Below, one piece after another: positions 61,946-64,000 of a DNA stretch of 64,000 nt (positions are counted from its first letter, which is position 1; the number at the start of each line of letters is the position of its first letter). The translations under genes and the position numbers were made by a program. This DNA is from Camelus ferus. Its lineage: Eukaryota. The stretch covers positions 45,882,001-45,946,000 of the forward strand of contig NC_045696.1 of the NCBI RefSeq assembly GCF_009834535.1, given 5' to 3'. The notes beneath the pieces are model-generated. The model searched no databases and was not told the DNA's origin. It was given only the letters and a program-made list of their open reading frames with translations.

Positions 61946-64000
61946 TGGAACATTAACAAAGGAATAATTCACAAAAGTCAGTGCCCCTGAAACTTACATC
62001 AACCATTAGCAGCACATGTATGAAATAGGAATGCATGAGTATTATTATTTTTCATAATGGCCCGTAATGGCTAATCGAAACATTAAAAAGACATCAGTAA
62101 ACTGAGGCCAGTCTTTAAGAAGCATTTTAACATTAAAACTCATGTATGGAGTCTTTGCACTGTTTTGAGAAATTCTGTTGTTTAGACATTCACACATTAA
62201 ATTCAAATTTAATGCTAAATTTAACATTGAATTTAGAAATTCCTTCTTTTCGGCCTTGAATGTGACATTATCTAAAAATACAACCTTTGTAATTGAGAAG
62301 TCATAAAAATAAATGCCCAGGATTTGGCAAGGTTAACTGTAATGAATAGTAATAATGATAATAAAACTCTAGGTCTACATCTATCTAGTGCTGCTCAGGG
62401 ATTATGCACACACCACTGCCACCTGATTACCTGATGTTCTCTGTCACAGGTAATGATCCCCTCTGAAGGGGCATAATCAATGTCTAGTGAAGCTCTCACA
62501 CACGCCACGCTAATGAAATGGGTCTGTGCTGTAAGGTAGCCAAGCAAGTGGCAGTGCTAAGTAGGAGATTCAAATACTCAAAAAACCCTGGTTCTGGTTA
62601 GTCTGACAACCTTCCTCTCTGCACTAACGTGAAATTCAACTCAGACTCAGCCACCAATTTGGAGACCTCCAACTCCATTATCTCTCCCAATTCTCTCTGT
62701 TCCCCAGGGTACATTCAGCTCTCTGATAGTAATCAGTCTTATAGTTTCGGCTCCATGGAGGTCCAGGGAGATAAAATGCTGTCAAAGAACATAGGAATTC
62801 TGACAACACACATGAGCTCCTCTAAGTAAAGTAACAGTAAATGAGCAAGGGGAGAAGGTTTTGTTGTGTGGAGCTATCTTCACCTAAGAGGCTGTGATTC
62901 CATCTATGTATATACCTTTCTATTCCTCTTTCTATTCCTTCCAACTTAAAACAGGTAACACCATTTCCAGCCACTGTGCTTGAAGAAAAACAAATGCAAT
63001 GAATGTAAAATAATTTGCAAAAACACATACTGCTCTAAAATATTCAATAAGATTTATTTCCTTTCTTGCAGAATAATACATCCCTATTGTATACACTACC
63101 GAATATTTCAGATACATTTTGTTGCATATTTGGCACAATTCTGAATATTCATATTGCCCAAAAGCCATTTATTAGAGCTTTCTTAAAAATACTTCTTAAT
63201 CTTCTATACAACAGCATAACCCAAGTCTTTTTTATGAATTCACTAAAGCTGTATTCAAATAGAGTAATTATCCTTAAGTGTATAAGCTTAAAATATGTAT
63301 AGGATATTTATGTGTTAAAGCTGGTAGGTTCTAAATGCCTTTATTTTGATGGTGAGTTATGAATCCTTTACATTTAAAATAAAATGTGTTTTCAAGCCCC
63401 AAAGCTAGAAATCTTTTTAAAACTTATTGAAAACAAAGTCATATTTCCCTGGTCTATTTCAGTATACAGTACTTTGTAAAATAAATATTCCAAAGTGGTT
63501 TGACTTTGTAACAGTAATTGCTTAAAAACTGCCCTAAGGTTAGACCTAGCACTGCAGATTTTGTTTGGTGGCCAATTATTATGGTTCTGTTAATGCTCTA
63601 AAACACTGTCTATAATGGAATGTCAACTTCTCTGTAGTCTATAGGAATGAAATATTGCAAATTAAAGTATGTATTGACATGCAGTTTCACCTATGAAATA
63701 CGATGATTGCCATTTGCCAATATATTTGCAAAAAATATATGAGCAACAAGAATTGGTATGAATGCTTAGGGACAACAAGCAAAAGTATGGTTGAATTCCT
63801 TACAATCCAATCCTTTATTACATTTAGTCACTAGTTCATTATGAGTTACATCAGAAAGAAAGTCAGCCTTTCCTAACTCAGTGACATACTATATACTATA
63901 ATTATTTATTAGGGGCTTGTATATACCTACTTATGCTGTGTCTGTTGGTAGATACTTTAAACTGTAATTTATAAAGGCACAAATGTGAAACAGAGAAGAT

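Overview
AT-rich, CpG-poor mammalian DNA with no recognisable protein-coding exon or structural RNA gene, so an intergenic or deep intronic stretch. Three tRNA-derived SINEs of the camelid (Vic-1-like) type, with no Alu or ruminant Bov SINEs seen, point to a camel/llama/alpaca genome (inference). Much of the window is recognisable transposon debris: L1, L2, MIR, MaLR/MLT1, ERVL, ERV1-type LTRs, MER20 and microsatellites. Family names are assigned by eye, not by database search. The most interesting signal is one ERV LTR family present in three forms. The first is a solo LTR (~979-1794). The second is a 730-bp L1-type retrocopy of a mini proviral RNA (R-U5-PBS-leader joined to the U3 end, then R-polyA, with a 15-bp TSD; 49625-50354, minus). 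The third is an R-only, A-tailed, SINE-like copy (54591-54757). Together they suggest an LTR-derived non-autonomous retroposon family mobilised by LINE-1.
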